Of a stretch of DNA of 23,331 nucleotides, positions 7,156 through 14,851 are shown in pieces. Within the stretch, counting starts at the first letter, position 1; each line of letters opens with the position of its first letter. The stretch is taken from IMG/VR virus record IMGVR_UViG_3300042691_054280; one strand, written 5' to 3'. The notes under the pieces were generated by a model. The model ran no database searches and was not told where the DNA came from. It was given only the letters and a program-made list of their open reading frames with translations. The DNA comes from an uncultured virus (IMG/VR IMGVR_UViG_3300042691_054280). Lineage: Duplodnaviria; Heunggongvirae; Uroviricota; Caudoviricetes; Crassvirales. The position numbers were made by a program, and so were the translations under genes.

Positions 7156-9022
7156 CACCACCGATATTCGGCGTGGTACCATCGATGATGTAGTAAAGTA
7201 CATCAGAGATGTAGATGTATACGGTCTTGATACTGAGACCGCAGGGCTTGATTTTGTGTCCGATCCTATTCTGATGCTTCAGCTTGGGAACGAGCATCTT
7301 CAATTTGTAATCGATTGTCGTACATTGACAACTGATGAAAAACTGAAGCTGAAAACTGCATTGGAAGATCCTCAACCCTTAAAGATTCTTCATAATGCGA
7401 AATTTGACTACTTGTTTTTGCGAAAGTGGCTCGATATAAAGCTTACGAATATTTTCGATACATTCATTGCAGAGAAAATTCTGCACTGTGGTAAAGAAAA
7501 CTACGGCTTTTCTCTGGCTGCTGTCTGCTCTCGTTACTTAAATGTAACTCTTAACAAGAGTGAGCAAAATCGATTTATTGGTCTTACCGGTCAGCCATTC
7601 ACACTCTCCCAGATTCATTATGGTGCCCGGGATGTAGTGCAGCTGCTTAAAATCAGAGAGCATCAGCTTTTTCAGCTTGCATTAAAGCAGCTGGTTACTG
7701 TGAATAGAATGGAGCAGGCATTGTTACCAATACTTGCTGAAATAGAGTTTGAAGGGCTTACTCTTGATAAACAAGCCTGGTTATCACTTTCAAAAGTGAA
7801 CACAAGTCTTGCAAAAGACTTTGAGCGCAAGCTGGATGGTATCCTTCTTGCAGATCCTATGTTTGAGGATTGCAAAGCACGAATTCAATTGGATTTGTTT
7901 GCGCCGGTGGAAGAGTTAAAACAATCCAATGTGAATTGGAATTCTCCGACACAAGTACTGAAACTTTTCAAACGAATTGTCCCCGAAATAGAAACTGTTA
8001 GTGAGAAGAAAATTGTGAAGTATCGCTTCAAACATCCTCTCATCGATCAATATATAAAGTTCAAGAAAACAGGTAAGTTAGCTACAGCATTTGGTAGTGA
8101 TTTCTTTAAGTACGTACGTGCTGACGGAAAAATTCACACCAGATTTTCTCAAATACTCGACACCGGCCGCATGAGTTCTCAGGAACCAAACATGCAGCAG
8201 ATTCCTGGAAACAATGCTTTTCGGAATTGCTTCATTACAGAGCCGGGCTGGGTGTTTGTATCGTCTGATTTTTCCAGCCAGGAGCTTTGCGTAATTGCCT
8301 TTGGTAGCAAAGACCCTGTCTTTTTAGAAGCACTATCTAAAAATCAAGATCTGCATTCAATTTGTGCAGAGCTTGTGTTCAAGGAAAAATGGAAAGACGC
8401 TACTGAAGAAGGCTGTGCTTACGAAGAAGAAAAAAAGAAATGTGAATGTTCCGGACATAAAAAACTCCGGACATGGGTAAAGACCATCAACTTTGGACTG
8501 GCGTATGGAATGGGTCCTGGTAAGCTTTCTGAAACTATCAACTGCTCTAAAGATGAAGCTAAATCGCTGATCAAGGAGTACTTCAAGGAATTTCCGAAAA
8601 TCAAGAACTTTCTGGATACACTTGGAGAGTTTGGAAAGCGCAATGGATACATATTTACTTACGACCCATTCAAACGAAAACGATGGTTCAGTAACTGGAC
8701 GCCAAGAATGTACCAAGAACGTGAGAACTTTACAGAACTTGGGTCCATTGAAAGAGCAAGTAAAAACACTCCTATTCAGGGAAGTGGTGCTGATATGACA
8801 AAACTTGCGCTGATTTACATCTACAAAGAAATTACTGAAAACGACTTACCGGTCAAATTGGTAATGACTGTTCATGATCAGATTGACACTATCTGCAAAG
8901 CTGAGTATGCTGAGCAGTGGAAAGTTCGTATGACTGAACTGATGGAGAAAGCTGCAAACGTCATACTGACTAATGGCTTGTTAAAAGCTGAAACCTCTAT
9001 TACTGAAAAGTGGAGCAAATAA
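7079..9022 (+). CDS. polA: Family A DNA polymerase with 3'-5' exonuclease domain, no 5'-3' exonuclease
   Basis: Exo I LDTET, Exo II HNAKFD, Exo III YGARD; TGRMSS..PNMQQIP; motif A DFSSQEL; motif B RTWVKTINFGLAYG; NTPIQGSGAD; motif C VHDQI. Confidence 0.97.
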   Translation: MSKNINIQEELQTIVLISKHESLIADTTDIRRGTIDDVVKYIRDVDVYGLDTETAGLDFVSDPILMLQLGNEHLQFVIDCRTLTTDEKLKLKTALEDPQPLKILHNAKFDYLFLRKWLDIKLTNIFDTFIAEKILHCGKENYGFSLAAVCSRYLNVTLNKSEQNRFIGLTGQPFTLSQIHYGARDVVQLLKIREHQLFQLALKQLVTVNRMEQALLPILAEIEFEGLTLDKQAWLSLSKVNTSLAKDFERKLDGILLADPMFEDCKARIQLDLFAPVEELKQSNVNWNSPTQVLKLFKRIVPEIETVSEKKIVKYRFKHPLIDQYIKFKKTGKLATAFGSDFFKYVRADGKIHTRFSQILDTGRMSSQEPNMQQIPGNNAFRNCFITEPGWVFVSSDFSSQELCVIAFGSKDPVFLEALSKNQDLHSICAELVFKEKWKDATEEGCAYEEEKKKCECSGHKKLRTWVKTINFGLAYGMGPGKLSETINCSKDEAKSLIKEYFKEFPKIKNFLDTLGEFGKRNGYIFTYDPFKRKRWFSNWTPRMYQERENFTELGSIERASKNTPIQGSGADMTKLALIYIYKEITENDLPVKLVMTVHDQIDTICKAEYAEQWKVRMTELMEKAANVILTNGLLKAETSITEKWSK

Positions 9023-9032
9023 CATTTAATCT

Positions 9033-9392
9033 ATGACATCGAAAGAAGCAAAAGAAATCCGAGACAAGTATTACTTTGATCTCGGAATCTACCGGTTGTA
9101 CAACCGAAATCGAAAACTATTTCACACAACACTTAAAGTGCTGTTTGGGATAGTCGGAGTGTTCTCAGTGGTTGCTTTGATTGCAGATCCTCAAGGGATT
9201 AACAAATTTATCTGGCCGGCAGTCTATGCCTCAGTTGGGTTTATTGCAGTCATTGCACTTGGAGCAGTTGATCATTTTGTGTTCGTTGGAAGCTCTAAAA
9301 GCACGATCATGAGAAAAATCAACACCCTGCCCTGGGGATCTCCACACTACATTTCTTGGGAGAAGTTCTGTGATCTTGCTGAAATCCGTTAA
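9033..9392 (+). CDS. Membrane protein with two predicted TM helices (119 aa)
   Basis: Two hydrophobic segments; tight spacing after polA. Confidence 0.75.
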   Translation: MTSKEAKEIRDKYYFDLGIYRLYNRNRKLFHTTLKVLFGIVGVFSVVALIADPQGINKFIWPAVYASVGFIAVIALGAVDHFVFVGSSKSTIMRKINTLPWGSPHYISWEKFCDLAEIR

Positions 9393-9402
9393 ACTCTGAC
9401 AC

Positions 9403-11265
9403 ATGGAAACTATAAAACCAAAATTCAAAAAAGGTGATAGAGTTTACGCTACTGAAGAAAGTGCTTTCATTTCTAAAAATGAATGTGGTACAGTAGATGA
9501 AAACGGTTCACATTTTCCATTTGTAATCTGGGACAATCCTCAGCCCTTTGGCCTTAAACGAATGTATGTTTCGGAAAAACAAATTGAGTTGATGCCAGAA
9601 TTATGGTCGAAGCGTGTAAAAGAAGCAATTCAAAAAGTTAGCAGTGAAGATTCTGAAAAAAGAGTCATTGCAACTCTTGATGGTCTCAGATGGAGTGCAG
9701 GATGGTTCCAGGAAGAGACAACTCAGAATACGGAAGCTTTACGAAATTTTCAACAAGATGTTCAATTGATGTATCCAATGCCCGAATCTGAATCTGTACC
9801 GGAAGTTCCCAAAGAGCTTTTGCTTTACATCGAACAGCTTTTTGAGATTCATTACGAACGAGTAAAAAAGCTCATTGAAGAATCGAAGCAAGAAAAAGTA
9901 GCAAATCCTGAGCCACCGGCTGTAAAATCTCAACAAACTTGTGAAACTGAATGCAAATTCAAAATAGGAGATCGAGTGAAAAACTTGGTTGAATCAGCTT
10001 GGATTAAAAAGGGCGCTACAGGAACAGTAAACATGAATTCTCCGGCTCCATTTGTAATTTGGGACAGTTTTGATATGCTGCAAGAAACAGCTCGTCGCAA
10101 TAATGACAAAGTGTGGGCGCAGAAGGAAAATAATATGGAGCTTTTAATTGAAAAGCCTGAAAAATCATCTTCTGCTAAACAAGGCCCTAAATTCAAAAAA
10201 GGCCAAAGAGTAAGAAACACTCAAACCGACGAGCCTTATATACGATATGGGGCTACAGGTACAGTAGATGAAGATGATGATGTTCCGTTTATTATTTGGG
10301 ATAGTCCTGACATGTTAACCAAAATTGGCCAATGTGATGACAGAAGATGGCCACAAACTGGAGAACATTTGGAACTTTTGATTGAGGAATCTGAACAGAT
10401 TGCTAATGCTGTAGTGCATGAACCCGAAATCAAACCCGTTCAGTTTGCGACTGACCGCGACACTTATGTAGAGTGTACGCCTGAGCAACGGGCGGAGATT
10501 ATTCGGGTTGCGAGGGAGTACAAGGTTGATATAGCCGGAGACACGAACGACGATATTTCTAAGTCAGCCGCCGAATATCCAAATTTATGTTGGGATAAGG
10601 ATTATAAGGTCTTGTGTTCGTCATACGCAAAAAAAGAATACCATTGGATACATCATACGCAACTCCTTTGGCTTCCCTTCGACGAATTTATCGCAAGGCT
10701 GAAAGGGGAGTGGGTTGAGCCGACCGAAGAACCAAAAACCAATTTGCTTTACCCCGAAGGATTGGAGGCAGTTGTCAAAGACGGTGAAATCCCGAAGTCA
10801 ATTTGGTGTAACTACAACGGCACGAAATACGAGTACCGCCCGCAGAGGGATTACTCGCATCTTGTTGGCAAGTGGGTGATGCGGATTGGATTTTCAAACG
10901 CCTGTTATACTCAGTGGAAATGGTATAAGGTAGTAAGTGACGATAATCCTGTTACCGGAATTGCAATACTTGATTGCGACAATTCACCGATTACCTGCAA
11001 GGATACATCTGACGATTACGAAGCGTTTGTCGCGCAGTTCGACCTCATCAACCCTCTCGACGCCGAACCCGACGAGTTAAGTGGGAAGTGGGTGCAATGT
11101 GTAAAAGAAAGTTTAGGAATGGTAAAGTATAAAGAGGGATTGTGGTATCAAGTAGATTCGCATGAATGGAACCGTTCAGTGTGGCGTTTTGGTTATGATG
11201 GTGGCCCACAGGAACACTTCGACCTTTCAAATCCGAAAGACGAAAACCCTGACAAAAATGGATGA
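9403..11265 (+). CDS. Mosaic repeat protein (620 aa): 3 SH3/KOW-like repeats, 1 domain shared with ORF 16798, 2 C-terminal repeats
   Basis: Three KFKxG(D/Q)RV...GTV...PFxIWD...EL(L/M) repeats; one YPNLCW...WLPFDEF domain; two LxGKWV...WYxV...FDLxNPxDxxPD repeats. Confidence 0.9.
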   Translation: METIKPKFKKGDRVYATEESAFISKNECGTVDENGSHFPFVIWDNPQPFGLKRMYVSEKQIELMPELWSKRVKEAIQKVSSEDSEKRVIATLDGLRWSAGWFQEETTQNTEALRNFQQDVQLMYPMPESESVPEVPKELLLYIEQLFEIHYERVKKLIEESKQEKVANPEPPAVKSQQTCETECKFKIGDRVKNLVESAWIKKGATGTVNMNSPAPFVIWDSFDMLQETARRNNDKVWAQKENNMELLIEKPEKSSSAKQGPKFKKGQRVRNTQTDEPYIRYGATGTVDEDDDVPFIIWDSPDMLTKIGQCDDRRWPQTGEHLELLIEESEQIANAVVHEPEIKPVQFATDRDTYVECTPEQRAEIIRVAREYKVDIAGDTNDDISKSAAEYPNLCWDKDYKVLCSSYAKKEYHWIHHTQLLWLPFDEFIARLKGEWVEPTEEPKTNLLYPEGLEAVVKDGEIPKSIWCNYNGTKYEYRPQRDYSHLVGKWVMRIGFSNACYTQWKWYKVVSDDNPVTGIAILDCDNSPITCKDTSDDYEAFVAQFDLINPLDAEPDELSGKWVQCVKESLGMVKYKEGLWYQVDSHEWNRSVWRFGYDGGPQEHFDLSNPKDENPDKNG

Positions 11266-11530
11266 TCCTAAATTGCCTGCTGGTAGTGAATTTGATTCTC
11301 GAGCTCCTTGGAACGGAAGAGATCTTAGCGATCTTTGCCGTTACTGCGATAGTGAACACTTGAAAGTAATTGCTGAAGAGGAAGCCATTTTTCGATATGG
11401 CAAAAACGAAGATGGTGAAGTAGACGAAGATAAACTCGAAGAAGTTCTTGACGAGATTCGAAACGAAATAGGCCTTTGCAAAACCTGCTTTTCAGTTGAA
11501 CAAGCAGATTTTGACAGGGATGATTATTAA
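11258..11530 (+). CDS. Small acidic protein with two CxxC motifs (90 aa)
   Basis: Start at ATG 11258; LPAGSEFDSRAPWN motif, CRYC and CKTC. Confidence 0.75.
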   Translation: MDDPKLPAGSEFDSRAPWNGRDLSDLCRYCDSEHLKVIAEEEAIFRYGKNEDGEVDEDKLEEVLDEIRNEIGLCKTCFSVEQADFDRDDY

Positions 11531-11542
11531 CCCTTAAACCCA

Positions 11543-11710
11543 ATGGATGGACCAAATCAAGAATTGCATAGTCAGCTTGACTTGATGCAATCCGGCTATG
11601 CTGGTTTAGACAAGACTGGTATGATCGTAGACCGTAGAGTTAATCGACATGCCATTCCTATGCCAAAAAACCCGTTACTTGGAATACCGGATCCAAAAAC
11701 AGTAGAATAA
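11543..11710 (+). CDS. Hypothetical protein (55 aa, MDGPNQELHSQLDLMQSGYAG...)
   Basis: Hand translation; ttaacccttaaacccaATG leader; fills the gap. Confidence 0.65.
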   Translation: MDGPNQELHSQLDLMQSGYAGLDKTGMIVDRRVNRHAIPMPKNPLLGIPDPKTVE

Positions 11711-11798
11711 AATTTTGGCTGAAATTTCATTGAACCGTGAAATTTTATACATTAGCCAAACCAACTCAAATTCGTTAAACCCCTAAATCCAAATTCAG

Positions 11799-11945
11799 AT
11801 GAAAAAACTGAATGTGCTTGTTATCATGGCTTGGGCCCTTGTATTCGGAATGGCCACAGCCTGCGTTTCCAAAAACGGAATTCTTGCCAAAATCCCGGCA
11901 GAATCGCAGTGTTCGCAGCCTTTGGGCGGCGATGATTATGTGTAA
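11799..11945 (+). CDS. Small putative lipoprotein (48 aa, MKKLNVLVIMAWALVFGMATAC...)
   Basis: Hand translation; typical leader; signal peptide with ATA-C. Confidence 0.6.
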   Translation: MKKLNVLVIMAWALVFGMATACVSKNGILAKIPAESQCSQPLGGDDYV

Positions 11946-12051
11946 TTGTACCACAGGCACAGTACACTTATCTTCAAACTGAAGATCTGTACACTCCCCA
12001 AAAGTTCAATTACCGGTCAAGTTGCAGTCACTCTCTAATTTTTGATTCACC

Positions 12052-12128
12052 CAAATGGTTTGAGCCTGGCGGAACTTAGGTACCTCGGCACAATTCCACT
12101 CTAAAGAGTGACTGGTTAAACTCATTTG
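12052..12128 (+). ncRNA. Candidate small multibranch RNA
   Basis: Closing helix caaatg-gtttgagcc / ggttaaac-t-catttg; inner hairpin cactc/gagtg; followed by a terminator. Confidence 0.35.
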
Positions 12129-12143
12129 CGAAAAGCTCCGATT

Positions 12144-12173
12144 AGCCCCTGCCAATAATTGGTGGGGGCTTTT
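12144..12173 (+). terminator. Intrinsic terminator
   Basis: agcccctgccaa-taa-ttggtgggggct plus ttt. Confidence 0.7.
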
Positions 12174-12175
12174 CA

Positions 12176-12486
12176 TATCCAGGTAAGGCTTAATACCTTG
12201 CCCGGATACCACAGTGGACTAAACATTGAAAGCCACTTTAAAAATTGGATACTGACTCTGAACCAACAGAGTGTACTAGAACAGAGAAAGTTCAGGAAAC
12301 TGTTCACAAGAATATTCCTGGTGGTTCGCTCGAACCTATAAACAAAGTACGGAGTAATCCCAGATGTGTTGTTCCCTTGAGAAAGGAATTGTTATTCAGA
12401 GTGTAAGTTTATGAAGTGGTCGCTACACGTAAAAGACACACTACAACACAAATGAGTTCTCAGCAAAGCAGAGCAAACTGCTGGAC
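12176..12486 (+). ncRNA. Candidate highly structured ncRNA with two possible pseudoknots
   Basis: Non-coding; at least 7 helices; caggaa 12293-98 / ttcctg 12315-20 and tgagaa 12378-83 / ttctca 12457-62 cross other helices. Confidence 0.5.
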
Positions 12487-12698
12487 CCTACTTTTTCATG
12501 AGTGAGCGTTGTACGCATATGAATGTAGAGGGTGCTAATAAAACCAAATCCATCACACAAAGAAATTGCCAAAAGAGTGAGATTAAGACGGAGTGCTCAC
12601 CAACTATTTTTCATGCCACCTGGTGCATGAAGAGTTGTTTAATTCCAACATTTGCAGAGTGTCGCACTGCATTGGCAAACTTTTTCAAATTTCAAACT

Positions 12699-12953
12699 AT
12701 GGCAAAATTCAGAATTGTCGAACAGAAAGGAAAATTTTACATTCAGCAAAAAGCTGAAAGGTTGTTCTCTACATGGAAACCGTATTCTTGTTATGGAGTA
12801 TACGATGGACATGGGTGGGATACTTATGATGGTGCAATGACTGCACTGTTAAACAGTATCAAACAAAGGTGCATCAGCGAAAGTCGTGGTTATGTAGATT
12901 CGGTTAAGATGTGTGATGTTCGAATCGGAACTTACACTGAACTGCGACCTTGA
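12699..12953 (+). CDS. Hypothetical protein (84 aa, MAKFRIVEQKGKFYIQQK...)
   Basis: Start moved to ATG 12699 after the ttcaaact leader. Confidence 0.75.
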   Translation: MAKFRIVEQKGKFYIQQKAERLFSTWKPYSCYGVYDGHGWDTYDGAMTALLNSIKQRCISESRGYVDSVKMCDVRIGTYTELRP

Positions 12954-12965
12954 GATCAAAAACAT

Positions 12966-13042
12966 TGTCGAGTCACCAGCTCTGAAAAGAGAGGCGTTCG
13001 AGGGATACCGCCAGAAGGCAGCACTTCCTGGTGATATCGACA
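12966..13042 (+). ncRNA. Candidate four-way-junction RNA element
   Basis: 14-bp closing helix tgtcga-gtcaccag / ctggtgat-a-tcgaca enclosing ctct-GAAA-agag, ggcg/cgcc and gaag/cttc. Confidence 0.5.
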
Positions 13043-13058
13043 TTTTAAAACTACACTT

Positions 13059-13253
13059 ATGAAAATAATTTGGGAACCGTTAGATTACGCTGAAGTAGAA
13101 GACGACATGGCTGCAGGAGAAGCAGCAGCGTGTGAAGTACAACTTCTTTCTAAAGTGGGAGAAGGCGTTTGGAAAGTAGAAATTTTGCCAAGCCAGTTTA
13201 CAGAAGGCGGCACTATAACTACTGTACTTGAAAGTTTTTTAAGACCTCGCTGA
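13059..13253 (+). CDS. Hypothetical acidic protein (64 aa)
   Basis: ORF track; A/C-rich leader. Confidence 0.65.
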   Translation: MKIIWEPLDYAEVEDDMAAGEAAACEVQLLSKVGEGVWKVEILPSQFTEGGTITTVLESFLRPR

Positions 13254-13258
13254 TTTTG

Positions 13259-13266
13259 TAAATTTG
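13259..13266 (+). promoter_or_regulatory. Bacteroidota -7 promoter box upstream of the tmRNA
   Basis: TAAATTTG matches TAnnTTTG and ends 11 nt before the tmRNA 5' end. Confidence 0.55.
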
Positions 13267-13277
13267 CAAGGTGCTTT

Positions 13278-13595
13278 GGGGCCGACAGGATTTGACAGCG
13301 ATAAGAAGAGAGTAGTTCAGGCAGGTGGCGACCTTACGCAAACGTCGAAATGACAACAAAGTAGTTCCTTTTACTCCGGCCGCAGTAAGCGGTGCGTGGT
13401 ACGGTGAGAAAGCCGCTGCGTGAGCAGTGACTGTTAAAAAAGCTTTCACAACGTTTGTCCGAACGTAAAACGGACTGGTGGACATATCCGGCGGTAACGT
13501 CGGGCCTTGTTTGCGGAAACATGAAATCCGATAAGCCTGTAAAAAGACAAATCTTGGACATCGTTTGGACCCGGGTTCGAATCCCGGCGGCTCCA
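13278..13595 (+). ncRNA. ssrA: tmRNA (transfer-messenger RNA)
   Basis: 5' GGGGCCGACAGGATTTGAC; 3' GGAC-CCGGG-TTCGAAT-CCCGG-CGGCTCC-A; acceptor stem with G3.U pair and discriminator A; internal tag frame ending AAA-stop; CCA not encoded. Confidence 0.95.
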
Positions 13596-14009
13596 CAAAA
13601 AATGAATAAGCGACTGCATGGAGTTGAAACCGTCGAAGCATAGCCGAATGCTCTTTCGTCCGCCAGGCACAAGACTCATGGAAGGGAGAGCTTTCATTTT
13701 TTAAGACGTGTGGCGGAAGATAGACGCCATCAAATTGAAATCAGGTATCGAATCTTGTCGTTTGGATAAAATTCTTACCAACAATACGTGCTGAGTAGTG
13801 TTCAGCTAGTTTGCTCCCGAATGATGAGAAATGGTGTTACAGCCATAGGGACCTGAGCCGACTACTTGAATCTAAGTCGGTTGGTTGGTGTACCAAGTAA
13901 CAAACAGCAAGTTACGACACACAAGTTCTAACCCCTCATAATAATGAGTTGCCGCTGACGTCTTATGAAGCTATTCGGTATTGGGGACAGTCAGAAATGG
14001 TTGAGCTAT

Positions 14010-14134
14010 AGTCAGGTGCAGAAGTCTGGATGCTTTTGGTAAAGTTTTTTGTAGACACCCGATTTAGGGACCCTGCAGACTGCAAAAAGGGAGTGCTACA
14101 CAATTCAACACAGGTTCGAATCCTGTCCTGACTA
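14010..14134 (+). ncRNA. tRNA-like repeat 1 (acceptor stem and T-arm conserved, aberrant middle; 125 nt)
   Basis: AGTCAGG...ACAGG-TTCGAAT-CCTGT-CCTGACT-A; no canonical D or anticodon arm. Confidence 0.8.
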
Positions 14135-14150
14135 CACAAAATTAAAAGAT

Positions 14151-14474
14151 ATGGAATACTACACAGAAGAAATTTTGAAAATAGCCAAGTTTATGGGATT
14201 GAACCCAATTAAAGGCTTTAATGAACACACAGGTAATAACTATTATTACTACAATAATGCTGAAATGCAAGATTACGAAGTATTGCCCTTTTATGATAAT
14301 TGGAATGAAATAATGCCTGTTGTTATAAAAATTGAAAGTTTTGGTGGCGATGAAAATGAGTTGGATATTTTTGGTAATTGTGTTCAACTTGGTGATGAAG
14401 AATTTGTCGGAAAAACAAAACTTGAAGCAGTTATTAAAGCTGTCAATTGGTGGGTGTCACAGCATTGCACCTAA
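14151..14474 (+). CDS. Hypothetical protein (107 aa), AT-rich cassette gene
   Basis: ORF track; starts 16 nt after repeat 1; stop lies within the ACCTAAC box. Confidence 0.85.
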   Translation: MEYYTEEILKIAKFMGLNPIKGFNEHTGNNYYYYNNAEMQDYEVLPFYDNWNEIMPVVIKIESFGGDENELDIFGNCVQLGDEEFVGKTKLEAVIKAVNWWVSQHCT

Positions 14475-14689
14475 CGTTTGCAAATAAGCGTAGCTATGTG
14501 TAACAAAAAGAAACTCGATAAAATAAAAGCAATGATAATAGTTGCTAATGCTCAAAAAAAAACACAGAAGGATTTTTATAGGCGAGAGATTAGGTTTTAT
14601 TTTTGTTCAAAGTGTAATGCTTATCATACAACAAGTAAGAAATAATTACGCTTATTTGTTGTTAGCAAATCGTTTTAATGTTTGCTAAC
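14469..14689. repeat. attC-like inverted repeat set
   Basis: ACCTAAC 14469-75; caaataagcgta 14481-92 / tacgcttatttg 14647-58 (perfect 12 bp); GTTAGCAAA 14661-69 / TTTGCTAAC 14681-89. Confidence 0.6.
14496..14645 (+). CDS. Small basic putative Zn-binding protein (49 aa, MCNKKK...YFCSKCNAYHTTSKK)
   Basis: Hand translation; C...CxxC...H pattern; exactly fills the loop of the 12-bp inverted repeat. Confidence 0.7.
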   Translation: MCNKKKLDKIKAMIIVANAQKKTQKDFYRREIRFYFCSKCNAYHTTSKK

Positions 14690-14713
14690 GTTTATCAAAT
14701 ATATTCAGTTTTA

Positions 14714-14745
14714 TTTGGTGAATCAAAAATAAATACTTACCTTTG
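14714..14745 (+). promoter_or_regulatory. Consensus Bacteroidota housekeeping-sigma promoter
   Basis: TTTG 14714-17, 20-nt spacer, TACCTTTG 14738-45. Confidence 0.7.
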
Positions 14746-14851
14746 TAATCTAAAACAGTAAAAATCATGAAAGAAAATAGAAAAAAAAATAAAATTTTGT
14801 CAAATGAAGAATACCATGTATCTTTGAACTATTCTGTTAAAAAGATTAATT

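Noticed and set aside
1973..12432. Shared 12-mer CGCTACACGTAA at 1973 and 12421
   Set aside because: Some 12-mer repeats are expected by chance in 23 kb, and the flanks do not clearly align.
12498..12698. N-terminal extension of ORF 12498..12953 (likewise the extensions of ORFs 940, 1215, 1393, 6085, 6856, 11162 and 19646)
   Set aside because: Most of these extensions run through hairpins, terminators or upstream genes, and downstream ATGs have better leaders or spacing.
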